Shown here: piece by piece, positions 59,727 through 64,000 of the stretch
Layout: each line of letters begins with the position of its first letter
How positions within the stretch are numbered: position 1 is the first letter of the stretch
From: Candidatus Omnitrophota bacterium
GTDB taxonomy: Bacteria > Omnitrophota > Gorgyraeia > Zapsychrales > Fredricksoniimonadaceae
Assembly: GCA_028870995.1 (NCBI GenBank)
Contig: JAGWOI010000010.1
Location: forward strand, 1,775 to 65,774
Direction of reading: 5' to 3'
Length of the DNA: 64,000 bases
Translations under genes and position numbers: made by a program
The notes under the pieces: generated by a model
Told to the model about the DNA's origin: nothing
The model's database searches: none
What the model saw: only the letters and a program-made list of their open reading frames with translations

Positions 59727-60182
59727 ATGAAATACAGGTGCCGTCACAAAGAAGGATTTACCATAATTGAATTGACCATTGTAATGATCGTTATCGCTGC
59801 GATCTTATCCGCGGTGCTTTTTGCAGGGCAGAGCACCACGGATGCCAGCCGTGTAACCAGTGCATTGGCGAGTGTCAAGTCCTTGCAAACTGCGGCAGTC
59901 TCTTTTTATAACAATAACGGCGGTAGTTATTCAGGCTTATCGCTCTCAACCCTTGCCTCAGGTGGTTATCTGCCGGCAAATTTCACCTCAGGGACAAATC
60001 AAAACCCATGGAAAGGAAATATCACCGTGGCGCCTGATTCGTCAAATGCCAATTATTTTGACATTACTTTTACTAATGTGCCGTCTTCAGCAGCCACTTC
60101 TTTAACGGCTGCGGTGACGAAGATAGCACAATCAGCTCCAGCGTACACTGCTTCAAGCCAAACATGGACAGCGGCTTTCTAA
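59727..60182 (+). CDS. Type IV major pilin-like protein
   Basis: Class III signal G|FTIIE; NPW.G motif; strong AGGAGG RBS. Confidence 0.9.
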   Translation: MKYRCRHKEGFTIIELTIVMIVIAAILSAVLFAGQSTTDASRVTSALASVKSLQTAAVSFYNNNGGSYSGLSLSTLASGGYLPANFTSGTNQNPWKGNITVAPDSSNANYFDITFTNVPSSAATSLTAAVTKIAQSAPAYTASSQTWTAAF

Positions 60183-60634
60183 ATAATCGGGGTTTTATGC
60201 TTTTGGAAGTGGCGGCCTGTGTGGCGATCATTGTTTTTGTTTCGGCAATGATTATGCCGAATAACTGGAGGCGTGTCCAAAACGCCAAGTTTGCTAAGGC
60301 GGTTATGGAAATGAAATCGATAGCCCTTGCTTCTATTGATTATTTGGAGTCAAAGGGAACCTGTCCGGCGGATATCAGCGAACTTGCTCCAGCTTTCATG
60401 CCGCGGGCTGTCACTTCCAGTCCTTTTGGGACTGCTTATCAAATTAATTGCACATCTAATATGCTATCAGTCTCTAATTTGGTTCCGGCAGGAATGGCAG
60501 TGTGGAACCCCGAAGGTCCTTTGTTACAGATTTCCTCATCGGGAGGGCAGGACAACGTAACCATCACTCAAACCGTGCCCAATACTTTTGTTGCCCGTTT
60601 ACTTTATGACAAAAGATACCTATACAGTTCATAA
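60164..60634 (+). CDS. Type IV minor pilin
   Basis: RG|FMLLE; SPFG..Y motif. Confidence 0.85.
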   Translation: MDSGFLNNRGFMLLEVAACVAIIVFVSAMIMPNNWRRVQNAKFAKAVMEMKSIALASIDYLESKGTCPADISELAPAFMPRAVTSSPFGTAYQINCTSNMLSVSNLVPAGMAVWNPEGPLLQISSSGGQDNVTITQTVPNTFVARLLYDKRYLYSS

Positions 60635-61337
60635 AAAGGGCTTCAGCCTTTTGGAGATGTCCTGTGTATTGATCATCATGTCTACTCTGGCTTCGGCGGC
60701 CATCCCTGTTTTGACGCGTTCATTTTTAGACAGGGCCGGGGAGAAAGTCAGCATGGATATCGGGGCCATTCAGGATGCGGCCCGAGCCTATTATATAGCC
60801 CATAATACCTGGCCGGCATCAATCACACCAACAGGAGCTGTCCCGGCAAAGGACCTTGAATCCAACGGCTTTCTTCCCGGCAGTTGGAATGCCGTCAATC
60901 CTTTTGGAAATCCTTACACGATCTCGGTCAGTGGATCGATTTTTACTGTCTTGAGTCAAGTGGCAGACGGCATACAGGTTGCCGTGGTCAACCGTCTTCC
61001 CGCAAGTTCCTATAGCGGCAATACCGTCTCCAGCAGCATGCCGCCTCCGGGAGAGTCAAGCAGCCTGGTTTTAGGACCCTTGAATTGCAGTGTCGGATCA
61101 TCAGGTACCGCGCTTACCGACGGCATTGTAATGGCCAATGGGATATTCCCCGGTACCAATCTTTACATTTATGGTTACATCAATGGAAGATTGATCACCT
61201 CCAACTCAACAATCAGCAGTAGCGGCGGCGATACAAGGTACTCTTCCATAACCATGCCCGTTGCCAAGGGAGAAAATTGGTCGGTTTCAAGCAATGGTGG
61301 GTCCTTCCAGGTTTGCTGGCGGCCATATATCACTTAA
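60606..61337 (+). CDS. Minor pilin / PilV-like tip adhesin with extra C-terminal domain
   Basis: KG|FSLLE; NPFGNPY; about 90-aa beta-rich C-terminal domain with a Cys pair. Confidence 0.85.
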   Translation: MTKDTYTVHKKGFSLLEMSCVLIIMSTLASAAIPVLTRSFLDRAGEKVSMDIGAIQDAARAYYIAHNTWPASITPTGAVPAKDLESNGFLPGSWNAVNPFGNPYTISVSGSIFTVLSQVADGIQVAVVNRLPASSYSGNTVSSSMPPPGESSSLVLGPLNCSVGSSGTALTDGIVMANGIFPGTNLYIYGYINGRLITSNSTISSSGGDTRYSSITMPVAKGENWSVSSNGGSFQVCWRPYIT

Positions 61338-61351
61338 AAAGGAAAAGAGCG

Positions 61352-61861
61352 ATGAGAACCACGCTGGGACTGCTATTGGTGCTTTTCATCTTGCTCATTT
61401 TGAATTTTACTCACCGCATTTATTTTAATTTCTTTACCCACTCGCTTGCCTATGGTATCTATATGAGATTTGAAGGCACTCCTCGGAAAGGGGATTATGC
61501 GGCGTCCTGCCTGACACCTAAGATTGCTCGATATGGGATGGACCGTCACTATCTGGCTTCCGGTAATTGCAGTACGGGCGCCGTCAAGGTGCTTAAAGTA
61601 ATCAAAGGAATTCCCGGCGATCATTTTAAGGTTGAGCAAGGATCGTTGATATTAAATGGCCATGCCTATAATATAAAAACAAAGGATTCATCAGGAAGGG
61701 CGTTAAGGGTTTTTTATAGGCAAGAGGGCATATTGAAGAAGGGAGAGTACTTCTTGTTGAGCAACTTTGCAGCCAATAGCTGGGATTCTCGTTACTGGGG
61801 GCCGGTCGGTATTGAGTTTCTATTGAAACCACTATTGGTTTTTGAGAAGGTTAAAGTATAA
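61352..61861 (+). CDS. S26 peptidase, conjugative TraF/TrhF-like
   Basis: N..THSL.YGIY (catalytic Ser); YL..G.C; LKVIKG.PGD (Lys); DS.GR.L; SWDSRYWGPV. Confidence 0.9.
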   Translation: MRTTLGLLLVLFILLILNFTHRIYFNFFTHSLAYGIYMRFEGTPRKGDYAASCLTPKIARYGMDRHYLASGNCSTGAVKVLKVIKGIPGDHFKVEQGSLILNGHAYNIKTKDSSGRALRVFYRQEGILKKGEYFLLSNFAANSWDSRYWGPVGIEFLLKPLLVFEKVKV

Positions 61862-61868
61862 TAGCCAC

Positions 61869-63755
61869 ATGAAAAAGTTTTTCCCCCTGTTGTTATTCTT
61901 ATTAACTGCGGCCCGTCCGGTATTTGCTCAAGACGTTTATCAGGCGCACACCCATGTGCAGCTTATCAGCGAGCAAAACACCGTCGTTCCCGGAAAAACC
62001 TTTTGGGTAGGCGTAGATTTTAAGCTGGATGACAGCTGGCATGTGTATTGGCGCAATCCGGGGGATTCGGGGCTGGCGCCCAAGATCAAATGGGATTTGC
62101 CGGCAGGCATGAAGGCCGGCAATATCCAATGGCCGTATCCCGAGCGCTTGGATGTGGGCCCGCTGACAAGCTATGGGTATGGGCATGAAGTGCTCTTGAT
62201 GGTGCCTGTCAGCGTCAGCGCTGATTTTCAGCCTTCCAAGGCTGATTTGCATGCTGATCTCAATTGGCTCGCCTGCAGTGATATCTGCATCCCCGGCAAG
62301 GCGCAGCTGGCTCTTCCGGTTGTTGTTGCCCCGAAAGAGGCCGCTTTTAACGCCTCCAAAAGTCTCTTCGATAAAACCAGACAGGATTTGCCGCAGGATA
62401 TTCCTTCCATCACAAGCCAAGTCATGCCGGATGGCAATCAATGGCGGCTTGGGATTCAGTCCCCTTTGAAGGCAGGGGAGAACATTACTTTTTATCCTTT
62501 TCGCAATGATGTGATCGAGCACGCCGCTGCCGAGCATTCGCAAAAGACTAATGAGGGTTATCAGGTGACTTTAACGAAGTCACACCTCTATCAAGGTTCT
62601 TTGAAACCCATCGAAGGTGTTGCGGTCAATCCGGCAGGGTGGCAGGCCAACGGTTGGCCCAAGGCAATTGTCATTAAAGCGCCTATCGAGGTGGCGCCGC
62701 CGCGGACCCAAGTCTCTTTTTGGATCGCCTGTTTGTTTGCCTTGATCGGTGGATTGATTTTGAACCTCATGCCCTGCGTGCTGCCTGTCCTGTCCATCAA
62801 GGTCCTGCACCTGGTGGAGCGTCATCCCGATAAAACCATCGCCTTGCGTCATTCCTTGCTGTATTCGCTGGGCATTCTTTCATCCGTATGGGCGCTGGCG
62901 CTGCTGCTTTTTATTTTAAAAGCGGCGGGTCAGTTTGCGGGATGGGGATTCCAATTCCAGTCGCCGGTCTTTGTCATGGCTGTTGCGGTGATTTTATTTG
63001 TCCTGGCGCTTAATCTCTTCGGTGTTTTTGAATTCCAGGCGCCGCAGATTGGCGGCGTGCGCGGGCATCAGAACGGTTATTGGCAGAGTTTTGTCAGCGG
63101 TATCATCACGACCGTGGTGGCAAGTCCCTGCACCGCGCCGTTTATGGGGACAGCTTTGACCGCGGCCATAAGCCAGCCCAATATCGTCGGATTCGGGATA
63201 TTCACGTGTTTAGGTCTGGGCCTGGCTTCGCCGTTTGTGGTATTAAGCGCGTTTCCTTCCTTGCTGGCGTTTGTCCCCAAACCCGGCCGGTGGATGGTTT
63301 ATTTAAAAAGGGTACTGGGGATTATTTTGCTCGCCTGCGTGGTGTGGTTAATGTGGGTGTTCGGCATCCAAACCGGCTTAGGCGACCTGTCTAAAATTTA
63401 TAAATCCGCAGACCATATCCATTGGCAAAGTTATTCATCGGCCGCGGTTGACCGGGCCCGCCAGTCCGGGCACGGGGTGTTTATCGATTTTACGGCGGAC
63501 TGGTGCATCAATTGCCAGGTCAATGACCGGCTTGTGCTGCAAAATCAGCTAGTGGTCCAGGCCTTTAAGGACAAAGGGATTGTCGCTTTCAAAGCGGATT
63601 GGACAAAATATGATCCTGCCGTCACCAAGGCCTTGACTCTATACGGCAGGGACAGTATCCCGGTTTATGTTTATTATCCGCCGGGAGCCCTGAAGCCGGA
63701 GTTTTTGCCGCAATTGATCACGCCTACAACGGTTTTGAAACATATCAATCATTGA
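61869..63755 (+). CDS. dsbD: Protein-disulfide reductase DsbD family
   Basis: WHVYWRNPGDSG; CSDICIP; LNLMPCVLP; PCTAP; TADWCINC. Confidence 0.93.
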   Translation: MKKFFPLLLFLLTAARPVFAQDVYQAHTHVQLISEQNTVVPGKTFWVGVDFKLDDSWHVYWRNPGDSGLAPKIKWDLPAGMKAGNIQWPYPERLDVGPLTSYGYGHEVLLMVPVSVSADFQPSKADLHADLNWLACSDICIPGKAQLALPVVVAPKEAAFNASKSLFDKTRQDLPQDIPSITSQVMPDGNQWRLGIQSPLKAGENITFYPFRNDVIEHAAAEHSQKTNEGYQVTLTKSHLYQGSLKPIEGVAVNPAGWQANGWPKAIVIKAPIEVAPPRTQVSFWIACLFALIGGLILNLMPCVLPVLSIKVLHLVERHPDKTIALRHSLLYSLGILSSVWALALLLFILKAAGQFAGWGFQFQSPVFVMAVAVILFVLALNLFGVFEFQAPQIGGVRGHQNGYWQSFVSGIITTVVASPCTAPFMGTALTAAISQPNIVGFGIFTCLGLGLASPFVVLSAFPSLLAFVPKPGRWMVYLKRVLGIILLACVVWLMWVFGIQTGLGDLSKIYKSADHIHWQSYSSAAVDRARQSGHGVFIDFTADWCINCQVNDRLVLQNQLVVQAFKDKGIVAFKADWTKYDPAVTKALTLYGRDSIPVYVYYPPGALKPEFLPQLITPTTVLKHINH

Positions 63756-63771
63756 AACCAGGAGAAAATAC

Positions 63772-64000
63772 ATGTTTAAACACATATTGCTGGGCATTAT
63801 TGTGAGCTTGGGTTTTTTGCAGGTCAACGGGCTGGCGCAGGTGGTCAGCGGCAAGGCCGCCCCTGATTTTACTTTGACCGACACTTACGGGCATAAACAT
63901 TCCTTGTCCGATTATAAAGGCAAATGGGTGGTCCTCGAGTGGTTTAATCCTGAGTGTCCTTTTGTCCGAAAACATTACAACAGCGGTAATATGCAAAGCC
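63772..64000 (+). CDS. Redoxin / thioredoxin-like protein, 3'-truncated by the window edge
   Basis: AGGAG RBS; signal peptide; APDFTLTD; VVLEWFNPECPFV.KHY. Confidence 0.88.
   Translation, partial: MFKHILLGIIVSLGFLQVNGLAQVVSGKAAPDFTLTDTYGHKHSLSDYKGKWVVLEWFNPECPFVRKHYNSGNMQS

Noticed and set aside
61337-61869. Shufflon downstream of the PilV-like pilin
   Set aside because: No inverted cassettes, sfx-like repeats or Rci recombinase; TraF and dsbD follow directly.
1-64000. CRISPR array, tRNA, rRNA, transposase or integrase
   Set aside because: No regularly spaced repeats, cloverleaf or rRNA-like tracts, or recombinase motifs were seen; intergenic gaps are short.

Overview
Bacterial chromosomal window (moderately GC-rich, almost all genes on +). 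The gene content and style suggest a PVC-superphylum organism such as Ca. Omnitrophota; this is inference only. About 1-44 kb is housekeeping and signalling: a two-component cluster, cspA, a GMC oxidoreductase/GH63/glucose dehydrogenase set, dipZ, two MFS transporters, an NlpC/P60-dipeptide epimerase-DUF819 peptidoglycan-recycling set, trxA-panD-def-lipA, mlaE/F/D, greA, Wbp-like sugar genes and a PAS hybrid kinase with Hpt. About 45-52.5 kb is metal homeostasis: Fur-family regulator, mntH, usp, rcnA, and a cupredoxin / outer-membrane protein / NRAMP operon with visible operator repeats. The most unusual part is 52.66-61.86 kb, a visibly AT-richer type IV filament operon. It has a secretin with an N-terminal VirB9/TrbG-like domain, PilM/N/O/P-like genes, a PilB ATPase, PilC, three class III pilins and a conjugation-type TraF S26 peptidase, but no PilD or PilT. 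The operon is interrupted by a G8-tract frameshift in the PilP-like gene and an in-frame TAG in pilC. Other oddities: a nested duplication of a divergent promoter that creates a 20-aa uORF, a secreted protein built of SFxG repeats, and several apparently leaderless genes. No rRNA, tRNA, CRISPR array, integrase or transposase was seen.
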